Shown here in pieces: positions 25,640 to 36,642 of a stretch of 64,000 bases of DNA (within the stretch, counting starts at the first letter, position 1; every line of letters begins with the position of its first letter). The stretch is from NCBI RefSeq assembly GCF_963921235.1, contig NC_086097.1, positions 91,762,001 through 91,826,000 of the forward strand, written 5' to 3'. The position numbers and the translations under genes are program-made. The notes beneath the pieces are model-generated. The model saw nothing but the letters and a program-made list of their open reading frames with translations, searched no databases and was not told where the DNA came from. Origin of the DNA: Mobula hypostoma. Its lineage: Eukaryota.

Positions 25640-26340
25640 AGGTACTGGTAACTCCTGTTTCCATCCAGGGGGTCAGTGTGGACATGGTGGAGGATTACAA
25701 ATACCTGGGGATACAAAATGACAATAAACTGGACTGGTCAAAGAACACTGAGGCTGTCTACAAGGGTCAGAGCTGCCTCTATTTCCTGAGGAGACTGAGG
25801 TCCTTTAACATCTGCCAGACGATGCTGAGGATGTTCTACTAGTCTGTGGTGGCCAGTGCTATCAAGTTTTCTGTTGTGTGCTGGGGCAGCAGGCTGAGGG
25901 TAGCAGGCACCAACAGAATCAACAAACTCATTCGTAATGCCAGTGATGTTGTGGGGATGGAACTGGACTCTCTGACGGTGGTGTCTGAAAAGAGGATGCT
26001 GTCTAAGTTGCATGCCATCTTGGACAATGTCTCCCATCCACTACATAATGTACTGGGTGGGCACAGGAGTACATTCAGCCAGAGGCTCATTCCACCGAGA
26101 TGCAACACAGAGCGTCATAGGAAGTCAATCCTGCCTGTGGCCATCAAACTTTACAACTCCTCCCTTGGAGGGTCAGACACCCTGAGCCAATAGGCTGGTC
26201 CTGGACTTATTTAATAATTTACTGGCATAATTTACATATTATCATTTAACTATTTATGGTTTTACTACTATTTATTATTTATGGTGCAACTGTAACGAAA
26301 ACCAATTTCCCCCGGGATCAAGTATGACTATGACTATGAG
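25640..26340 (+). mobile_element. Rex1/Babar-like LINE 3' fragment (second family)
   Basis: YKYLG...KLDWSKNTEAVYK.GQS.LYFLRRLRSFNIC; ILDNVSHPLH...RLIPPRCNTERHRKS.LPVAIKLYN; tail (ATGACT)n. Confidence 0.88.
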
Positions 26341-26519
26341 ATACGAGCAGGGTTGAGGGGCTAATAGTACATTCTTGTTCAAAAAGGGCTGCAAGGCTGA
26401 TCCATTTATCACTTATGTTGAAGAAGTTTCAAACAAGGGAAAATAAATACATTCAACTAAGAAAAGCCTCAGTTAATAAATTTATGCTCACTCCCCATTA
26501 TTTAAAGCAAAGGGTTGAG

Positions 26520-27400
26520 GGCAGCAATGCAGCATCTGGATATTGATTTTCAGCAGACATTTGATAAAGTTTCACATTAAAGACTGGCCTTCAAAACTGA
26601 ACGCACTGGCATCATGGATAGAAATTGGTCCAGGAATAAAATACTGCGTTGTGATAATGCAGAGGCTGAAGGGAGATAAGAGAGTTCAAAGGCTCAGTCC
26701 TTTTTGACAGGTTTTTTTTAACAGATACAGTATAAAGATTTAGATATAGGTGTATAGTGTATAGGTCACAAATTTATGGATGGCACAAAGCTTGATGTAA
26801 AGCCAATAGTTACAAGCCTGGTAGTTCAAAGCATTGGCATAAGGTAAATAAAAAATTAATGCACAGAATACAAAATAATACAATTTGGCAAGAGATCAAC
26901 AATAGATAAAGATTAAAAAGTACAATTTTAAAGTGGATGCACAAGTTGACAGAGTGCATAAATCTTTGAAGGAGGTAGGACAGCTTGAGAGAAGGGTTAA
27001 CAAAGATCCTATGTCTTATAAAGTAAAAGTTACATTGAATCTTAACAAGCACTGGTTAGGTCTTCTACTTCTCCTTACCACACCTTTTACTGTTGGTAGG
27101 GTCACAAAAGCTCTAGACAAGGCTGCTTTCAGTTATGACAACAGACTGAAGTACCTGGGGTTTCCTTCCCTAGAATAGAGCTGCTAGAACTGTAAAGGGT
27201 TTAATCAAGACATATGAACAGAAATTGCTTCAAGTGGCAAAAAGCTGAAAATTAAATGGCCACAAATTTAAATTAACTGAAGACCAAATCCAGAAGCATT
27301 TTTAGGCCACAAGTGGTTATGTGCTGAAATGTACAGCCTGGGGATAAAGAGGATGTATATTCAAGAGGCTTTCAAAAGGGAACTGAGGGAAACAAAACAG
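26520..27400 (+). mobile_element. Old, highly degenerate CR1-like RT fragment
   Basis: ATTGATTTTCAGCAGACATTTGATAAAGTTTCACA (DF..AFDKV.H); AAATTTATGGATGGCACAAAGCTT; CTTTCAAAAGGGAACTG near the end. Confidence 0.5.
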
Positions 27401-28682
27401 AGCATCTGAACAATTGGGCAATAATGCAGAGTTGACTGAATTGTGCAAGAAACAAACCACACAAAACTTTCACATTTGGCATTCCAAAGTCAAATCATCT
27501 TGAAGTGATAGCTCCTGTAAGGTTAATAGGACAGCCAATTTTCATACAGCAAGCTTCCACTTGTACCTGTATAATCAGGCTTATTGTTATATTGCACACA
27601 GTACCAGAAACCCCTCACACTTCATCGTACTTCTTGTGAGAACCTTTACATTCACCTGAGAGATTCTAACATTTTAAAAATATATACCAAATGTGATTCC
27701 ATTGCACAGTATAATTCAAATGGCAATATACAAATATGCTGATCATACTACAGACCAAATGCCAAAAAATCTTAAAATGCATCCAGCAGCATCCTGGACA
27801 ATGGAATTTAATGACAGAGCTCAGACTTCAAAACCAAATAATGGAATACTGGAATCGAATGGCATGCTGACTTCCAACCTTTAAAAATTTCATCATTTAA
27901 TGTAATGGACTGAAAGCCGTTTGGACAAATTTATTATTGGCGTTGTGAACTGCATGTGTTCCCCTGGTTCTTAACCTGAAAGTGAATGGCAGCAAAAGGA
28001 GTCAAACTTGCAACTTATTCAAGGGCACTTCACAGTTTATCTAATGTTTCACAGGCAATAGTGAAGCCCAGAGAGGAGTCAGTAACATGACAATTCTTAA
28101 AAAGGACAACAATCTTAAAGTCATAATTATTAGATCAAAACTAACATTACATGTACTACATGTGCAAACTTGGAACAGTTTGTCATAGTTTATTCAGTTC
28201 AAAAGTAAAAGGGAACTATAATGTTTTGAACTGTTTTTCATGGTTTAAATCTCTTCAGGAGTTTTTTTTTGTTTGAGGCAGGATAGAAGCACGTGGCTGC
28301 AAACGGCACAAGATAGATTGGTGTTTGCTGTCCTAAATGGCTGAATATTTTCCATAAACACAAGTGAAAATCTTACATACTTCCCCACAAAAAATGCTGC
28401 AAGTACAGAGATGAGCAATAAATGAGTTTAAATAACCATACATATCAAAGCAGGTCTCATAGCATTTCTCTCAATGGCACATCAATGCTGAAGGATATTT
28501 TATTCAGTAATTTTTTTATGTTATTTAACTAGATTTGAAATGGATTTATATGTCTTACTTTGATGTTCAAATCTCTTTCAACCAGTTTCGTTACTCTGTA
28601 ATAAAAGTTTCACAGCTGACCTGTAGACAATACTGTTTCTGTCTTATTTATTTGATCCATTGAAGTATCTGGGAGAATCATA

Positions 28683-28972
28683 AGTAACGGTTAGCACGAC
28701 AGTATTACAGCACAGGGCATTCCGGAATTCAGAGTTCAATTCCGGCGCTATCTGCAAGGAATTTGTACGTTCTCCCTGTGATGTGCATGGGTTTCCTCTG
28801 GGTACTCCGGTTTCCTCCCACAGCCCAAACACATACAGTTTACTAAGTTAATTCGGCATTGTAAATTGTCCCGTGATTAGACTAGTATTAAATAAGTGGG
28901 TTGCTGGCAGTGTGGTTCATTGGGCCGGAAGGGCCTATTCTGCAAATTATCCCTAATTCAATAAATAAATAA
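28683..28972 (+). mobile_element. HE1/V-SINE-like tRNA-derived SINE
   Basis: tRNA-like head (GTAACGGTTAGCAC; B-box-like GAGTTCAATTCC), V-domain-like GGGTTTCCTCTGGGTACTCCGGTTTCCTCCCACA, CR1-type tail TGGGCCGGAAGGGCCT, then (AAAT)n. Confidence 0.85.
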
Positions 28973-29139
28973 AACTATTGCTTTCAACCGGTCAATTTGA
29001 TGATGTTTCAGGCAGAGAAAATAAGTTTTCAAGTTGAGCTCATTCTAGTTTCAAAACCACAAGAACCAAACTGAGAATTCCAATGTGTTTTGAGAATGCT
29101 GCTCAACAACACAGCTATCTGAATTCACATTATTTGAAC

Positions 29140-29990
29140 ACACACAAAAAAAACAAGAGGAACTTCGCAGGACAGGCGGTATCTACGGAAAAGAATAAAC
29201 AGTCAATGTGCAAAAGTCTATGTTGCAAGTCTTCACTGGTAATGTTCCCCAACTTTTTCTACACTACATTGACAACTGCACTGGTACTGCCTCATGCACC
29301 AATGCTGAACTGGTCAATTTCATCAACTTTCCCACAAATTTCAATTTGCCCTTAAATTCACTTGGTCCATTTCTGACATCTCTCTCTGTTCTCCATCTCT
29401 TTCGGTCTCCATCTCTGGAGATAAAATGTCTACCAATATCTTTAATAAACCTACTGACTCTCACAGCTATCTTTACTATACCACCTTGTCACCCGTTTAA
29501 AATAAACTATATTCCCTTTTCTCAGTTTCTTTGTCTCCATTTTCAGGTTGAGGCTCTCCTTTCCAGAACAACAGAAATATCCTCTTTTTTCAAAAATAAT
29601 AGGGTTTCCCTCCCTCCACCATTAATGCTGCCCTCACCTGCATCTCCTCCATTTTCTGGACATCTGCTTTCCTTCCTTTTCCCTTCTCCTATGGTCCACT
29701 GTCCCCTCCCATCGTATTCCTCCTTCAGCCCTTTACCTTTTCCACCTCCCAGCTTTTGACCTCATTCCTCTCCCCCGCCCAAATGGCTTCATCTATCACT
29801 GTCCAGTTTGCCTTCCTCTTTTTAATTTTGGCTTTTCCCCCCTTCTTTTCCAGTTCTGATGATGTGTCTTGGGCCCAGATGTTCACTGTTTATTCTTTTT
29901 CATAAATGCTACCTGACCTGCTGAGTTCCTTCAGCATATTTTGTGTGTTACTCTGGATTTCCAGCATCTGCAGAATCTCTTGTGTTTACA
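29140..29990 (+). mobile_element. Penelope-like element: inverted terminal stub, RT fragment, pseudo-LTR
   Basis: PQLFLHYIDNCTG.ASC...ELVNFINF (RYIDD-type RT); KPTDSHSYL; IPFSQFL. Decayed CTGATGA at ~29856. Minus-oriented stub 29140-29208. Confidence 0.75.
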
Positions 29991-30720
29991 TTGTTTGAGA
30001 ATGGAAATAATGAAAAGATCCAGCATATGGGCAGACAGTTTTTTTAATTTGAAACCAACAGTCCTACACTGTGAATTGGACTTGCAATGTTTGGATTTAA
30101 CTGATAAACGATTGAAAAAAAAACACTTGAATGTCTATTTGGAGAACAAAATCCTTCCCCCCACCCCCCACCCGCAGATGTTTTTCAGCTGGGCAAGCCA
30201 CATGCCAGGAACAAATGATGACTATGAAGTGCGTTACACTCAAAATTAAAAATTCTGGTCTTGATTTTTAGAGTAGTACAGATGTCACTAATAGAAACTA
30301 CAACCAAAATAAAAAAGACATACAAAGAAGAAAAAGATGTCAGTTAATAACTTGGTTGAGCACTTGCACTATTGGGAACCAGCTGCCCTACGTTGAGCTA
30401 TTTCTCCAAGGGGCTCCTGCAGTGAAAACTGTGCCACACACTTGCCAGCTTCACAGTAGATACTCAGCTTTTTTTTTGTTCATGTAACTGTTTGATGCAT
30501 TGTTGAATACTGGAAACTACTCAAAAGTTCTGGTAAGCAACACAGCTTCTGCACTCTGGTCCCTCATATTTAGCAACATCAATCTGGGGAAAATATTACT
30601 AGTTTAAGTTTGTGAATGGGAATACCACCCTTGACGGAAACAAAAGATTACAAATTGAAGCAACCTTGTTCAACGGATTTACATTTTACAATCACGTTTA
30701 GCTTAAGTGACAGTGGTTCT

Positions 30721-31450
30721 TTCTTTTCTTTTTAAATCTTTTTATTGAGTAAGTATACAAAAAAGGTAAGCCATATAAACATTAATACAATGTTAAAGTA
30801 TAATAAAATTCCAAAAGATAACAATACCAAAAAGAAAATACTACAAACAATGTAATTTAAGCATAAGAAACCAAGATAACATAATAGTATACTAGATTTT
30901 ATATATATCAATAGAAAAAAAAAGAAAAAAAAACCCCAAAAAAAAAACCCACCGTGCAACTAACTAAAAGCAAAGCAAAGCAATGGGCTAACTTGAAACC
31001 AAACAGAGTTAAACTTAAAATCACGTCCTCAATCCCGACCTCCATTAAAACAGTGAAGAAAAAACAAGAAGGGTAAATATTACATTAAATGAAAATATCG
31101 AATAAAAGGTCCCCAAATCTGTTCAAATTTAAATGAAGAATCATAAAGGTTACTTCTAATTTTCTCCAGATTCAAACATAAAATCGTCTGAGAAAACCAA
31201 AAAAAGGTAGTTGGAGCATTAAGCTCTTTCCAATGTTGTAAAATACATCTTTTCGCCATTAAAGTAAGAAATGCAATCATTCTACGGGCTGAAGGGGAAA
31301 GATTACTAGAAATTTTAGGTAGTCCAAAGATAGCAGTAATAGGGTGAGGAGAGATATCTATATTTAATACCTTAGAAATAATATTGAAAATATCTCTCCA
31401 AAAAGTTTCCAAAGTAGGACAAGACCAAAACATATGAGTTAAAGAGGCTT
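30721..31450 (-). mobile_element. 5'-truncated L1-clade LINE with poly(A) and TSD
   Basis: ORF 31080-31433: (H)MFWSCPTLETFW...LMAKRCILQHWK..PT...LNLEKI...F.QIW.PF. AATAAA plus A-rich tail on the minus strand. 11-bp TSD ACAGTGGTTCT at 30710-30720 and 31451-31461. Confidence 0.92.
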
Positions 31451-34400
31451 ACAGTGGTTCTGAATCATACAAATTTCACAATCTATGATTGACATGCGAA
31501 AGGTTTAAAGCACCTATTAAGTATTTCTTACATTCAAGTCTTACAATTTAGCAAACGAAGCACTTGAAGCACTATAATTTCTGAACATTCATTTTGATTT
31601 TCTACACAGTCAGCAATTCTCCCAAGCTTTCAGAATTAGTTTGCAGTTTTAACTTTCAACTAATTTGCAAGTAATCCAGCAGAATTAATTAATGGTATGT
31701 ACATTCATCCCAGTCTGTACATATGAAATGTCAGGATAACACAGCACTTATCAATTGGATTCAAAGGACATGCAGTGGCCAGAATTAGTGAATAATTATT
31801 TTACGGTAATGATAATGCTTGTAGGTAGAGCAAATGTGAAGCATATCTTCCCTCAGATTCATGTCATCAATAACTACAAGGAAAGGACATCAATATTTTA
31901 CTGGATCATTAAAAATGTATGCCATAATTTACTGCAATAGGTTTTCTTCATCTTAAAACTGTCCATCTGCATTCCCTCACTGATCTTTATATTGGCATTT
32001 AGTTTGCACCCATCATCAATGTAACTATTGGAAAGATTATTTCAACAAAAATCTTTTCGCACAAGCAATTATGTTAATTTTAATAACTTTGAATATTCAT
32101 GTCTAATTATAAACAATTTTGATTTATTATCTTGTTACTAAAGGTTGATGAATCATTTAATGGAGATTTCATTTGAAAAATTAAAACATATCCAGCTTCG
32201 CCCATGATAAAAAAAAATCCAGGCTGGCCAGGAATCAAAAAAAAACAAAATAAAAATCTCAATCATGAGCCACATACTGCTGTGCTCAGTACACATTTCC
32301 AAAGCTTCAAAGTGACAGATGAAACTGATATTTTAGCTTATGCAATTATTTCAGTTGACGGGGAAATACAGAAGGGATATAATCCTTGAATCAGAACTAT
32401 GTCACTCGGGAGAAGTATCAGGAAGCATCTGCGCACACAAGACAAAGGAAATCTTAAGCACTCTTCCCTCAGCTGTGGATGCTGATTTGGAGCCGAGCCA
32501 GATAAATGGATTTAGCATGCAAATCATCCAAAATCTAATCATGACTAAGCAGGCTTGAGGGATTGAATAGTCACTTTTGTTCTCATTACATAAATCTATT
32601 CTTGTTAATGCTCAAAACATCATTATTCAATTCCCTTTCAATGTGTATTTAATTAAGCTACTTTATCTGTGATATTTTCCTTCCAACCACTAAAATTTGG
32701 TTTTTCTTTCACAAAACCAGAGGGGTTTTTTTGTGGAGGCTTCATCCATGACAATTTGCTGTAGCCAGATGATTTAGGTCTCAGGAAGCATTCTACTTCT
32801 CCCTCTTCCCATCCCACACAATACTGAAAGAATAGAGAAGAAATAATACTTGCATGTTTGGTTGGTTCAGCAACCCCACCCTCGTCTCCAAGTGAGAGTG
32901 TTATAAGCTTAATGCAGTATTGAGCACACAAGTCAATTTGGGCCATCTGCAGCTGAACAATATTCCATCTCAATTTGCAACACTTTAATTGCCATCAAAT
33001 TAGTTAATTACAACTCGTTCTCAATGAGAACCTGGAAGAATGCATCAAGTGCAACATTAGGCATAACAGACTACAACACAAGAAATACATGCCTGCAAAA
33101 CAGCACTAAACAGAGCTAGGTTTTGCAGATGCAGTGAGTGCTAAACAATTTAAAAAATATATTTACAAAGATTCCAGAAAAGTTTCTTATTCTCAATATT
33201 GCCAGAGCATTACATGTGAACAGCAAGTAGGTGAAATACATACAACAATCCTCACTCAGAGATGCTTTGTGAATAATCCATCTCGGCATCCTCTTGATAT
33301 TCCCACCATCACTGAAGACTATTTGATTCATTCCATTTATCAAGAAACCACAGAGCATTAGAAACAGCAAAAGCAATGGAGCTCTCCAACATGAAAGAAG
33401 ATATATACATTGCCTCTTTGTAAGTTCATGTTAGTTCATAGAATTTTGCATTTCAGTCCCGAATAGGATACAAAACTACAATCTTATGCATCAGAAAGTA
33501 CAAGTAATATTAAACAACTTCTAGAAATTCCCATACTTCACTTCCTACTATAGAACTATTGAATTCTATTGGCAGGCACTGTTAAAGTGCAAACAAATTG
33601 TCAAAATTTCAAGTTCAATTTTATTGTTTTCATAGGCATACATGCACAGGGCATAAATGCCAAAAAAAATGGCTTTTTGCAGCAACCGCATAGTACAAGA
33701 CTAGAACAAACACAAGATAAACAAACAAATTAACAGAGATAAGTGCCAGAGTGCAGGTACAACATTGACAGGAGGAGACAGAAAATACTCTAAAAATGGC
33801 TTCTAGATCAAGGGAGATGACTCACTTACAGGAAATGCCATTGCACTTGAGAACACAGCTTTAAACAGTTCAAAATTGCTGCAAGTAGCACACTGAAGCT
33901 GAATACTTTATAATAAAACTGGATGTTTCAGCAATCATTCATTTTGGTAGTAGTGTACATTCCAACTCAGGCCAATGTCACACAGACGCTAGATGATCTG
34001 AGCGATGTGATCAAGAAGAAGAAACTGCACATTCTGATGCCTTCACCATCATTTTGGGGGATTTTAACCAGGCCAGCTTGAAAGAGTCACCAAATAATTA
34101 TCATCAACAAATCACTTGTAGAACCAGTATAAACTGGACCACTGTTACACCACCATCAAGACAGCCTACCATGCTATTCCACGCCCATATTTGGAAAGCC
34201 TGATCTCAGGGCTGTAGCTCTACTTCCCGAATTTAAGCAGAGACTGAAGACTGCAGCACCAATAGTGAGGACCAAGAAGGTGGACCAAGTGAAGCACGGA
34301 ACACCTACAAGACTGCTTTGAATCAGTGGACTGGACTGTATTCAGGGACTTTTCTTCAAATCTAGATGAATATGCCGCAGTTGTTTCCAACTTCATTAGA

Positions 34401-36221
34401 ACCTGTGTGGATGAGTGTGTGCCTAAGAAAACTTGCTGTACAATCCCAAACCAAATGCTATGGATGAACCAGGAGGATCGTAGTGTGCTGAGGGCTAGAC
34501 CTGTGGCAATTAAGTCTAGCAACCCAAGTTAGTACAAGAAAACCAGGTATGACTTGCAGAGAGCTATTTCAAGAACTAAGAAACAATTCTGAGCGAGGTT
34601 GGAGGCGATATTGGATGCATATCAACTCTGGCAGGGTTTGCAGGACATTACTTCCTACAAAGCACAACCCTATAGCATAAATGGCAGTGAAGCTTCACAA
34701 CCAGATGAACTCAATGCCTTTTATGCATGCTTTGAAAGGGAGAATATAACTACAGCTGTGAAGATCCCTGCTGCATCTGGTGACCCTGTGACCTCTGTCT
34801 CAGAGGTCAATGTCAGGTTGCCTTTCAGGAAGGTGAACCCTTGCAAGGTGGCAGGCCCCAATGGAGTATCTGGTAAGGCTCTGAAAGCTCGTGCCAACCA
34901 ACTGACGGAGACATTTTCAACCTCACACTGCTATGGTTAGAAGTTCCCACCAGCTTCAAAAAGGCAACAATTATACCAGTGCCGAAGAAAAATAGTGTGA
35001 GGTGCTTTAATGATTATTGACCTTAATGGCCAGTAGCACTCATAGCTACAGTGATGAAATGCTTTGAGAGGTTGGTCATGGCTAGAATCAACTCCTGCTT
35101 CAGCAAGGACCTGGACCCACTGTAATTTGTTATCGCCACAATAGGTCTACAGCAGAAGTAATCTCAAAGACTCTTCACACAGCCTTAGCTCACCTGCACA
35201 TTACAAACAGCTATGTCAGAATGCTGTTCATCAACTATAGCTCAGCATTTAACACCATCATTCCCATAACTTTGATTGATAAACTACAGAACCAAAGCCT
35301 CTATACCTCCTTCTGCATTTGGATCCTTAACTTCCTAACCGGGAGACCACAATCTGTACAGACTAGTAATAATATCTCCCACTCACTGACAATCAATACT
35401 GGCACATCTCAGAAATGTGCTTAGCCTACTGCTCTATTCTTGCTATACCCATGACAGAGTAGCCAGGTAGAGCGCAAAAGCCATCTATAAATTTGCTGAT
35501 GATATAACCATCATTGGCAGAATCTCAGATGGTGACGGGAGAACATACCAGAGCGAGAGATACCAGCTCACTGAGTGGTGGCGCAGCAACAACCTTGCAC
35601 TTGATGTCAGTAAGACCAAAGAGTTGATTGTGGACCTCAGAAAGGGGAAGACAAGGGAACACATACCAATCCTTATAGAGAGATCAGATGTGGAAAGAGT
35701 GAACAATTTCAAGTTTCTGGGTGTCAGGTTGTCTGAGGATCTAACCTAGACCGATCATATCAATGCAACTATAAAGAAGGCAAGACAGCAGCCATATTTC
35801 ATTAGGAGTCTGGGGAAATCTGGTTTGTCACCTAAAACACTCAAAAACTTCTACATCACTGTCTGGTATGGGATTGAAAGGAGCTGCAGAAAGTTGTAAA
35901 ATTAGTCAGCTCCATCTTGGGCACTAGCCTCCGTAGTATCCAAGACACCTTCAAGGAGCAGTACCTCAGAAACACAGCGTCCATTATTAAGAACCCCCAT
36001 CACCCAGGACATGCCATCTTCTCATTGTTACCATCAGAAAGTAGGTACAGAAGCCTGAAGGCGCACACTCAGCTTCTTCCCCTCTGCCATATGTGCCTAA
36101 ATGGATTGAACCCATGAACACTACCTCACTTTTTTATTACTTGTTTCTGCACTATTTTTAATTTTATATATCACACACACACTTAAATTTTTTTGCTTAT
36201 TTTTTTCTTTATTATCAAGTA

Positions 36222-36588
36222 ATAAATTATAGGTAGTAGGTAGTGGGTATTGGCTCCTCATGTCACTACTACAGGGTGTGATGACCCTGCCTTACACGAA
36301 TCCCGGGCTCAGCTGGCTCCGGCTGACAGTACCCGGTATGGGCCCCTATCCAGGGTTACGGATCCCACTGCCTTATGGGTATCTTCGGGAGAAGAGAAAG
36401 CTAAGGAGTAAACCCTACACAAATCCGGAGTAGAGCCCCTACGGCGGTTGGATGACGTATCACGTCACCTCCCGCAGCTAAGCTGATGCCAAATGTACTG
36501 CTTCGCATTCCTTAGGACTACATCCGCGAGGCCGAGAGGGAGATCTTGATGTCTGGGTAGCCCAGGATCTCCATATTTATCGCCATGA
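36222..36588 (+). mobile_element. Short non-coding retroposon (probably RTE-related), ribozyme-headed
   Basis: 11-bp TSD ATTATCAAGTA at 36211-36221 and 36589-36599. GC-rich, hairpin-rich body with no ORF in the track. Confidence 0.75.
36233..36304 (+). ncRNA. HDV-like self-cleaving ribozyme fold (probably CpG-decayed)
   Basis: P1 GUAGUAG (36233-39) / CUACUAC (36266-72). P2 GGG(U)AU / AUCCC. P3 (U)GGC / GUC(A). L3 UCCUCAU. P1.1 position AG. P4 UGUGA / UUACA. J4/2 C36297-GAA. Confidence 0.6.
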
Positions 36589-36642
36589 ATTATCAAGTAT
36601 TCGATTGTACTGCTACCACTAAGTTAACACATTTCATGACAT

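Noticed and set aside
28683..28760. tRNA gene
   Set aside because: tRNA-like boxes only; continues into a SINE body and tail with no cloverleaf.
32653..32830. Possible minus-strand terminal exon (strong acceptor, then YCVGWEEGEVEC...DKVA*)
   Set aside because: No recognisable protein similarity or linked exons; compatible with chance.
36360..36412. Second HDV-like motif ending GCUAAGGAG
   Set aside because: A P4-like hairpin is present but no consistent P1/P3/L3 could be assigned.
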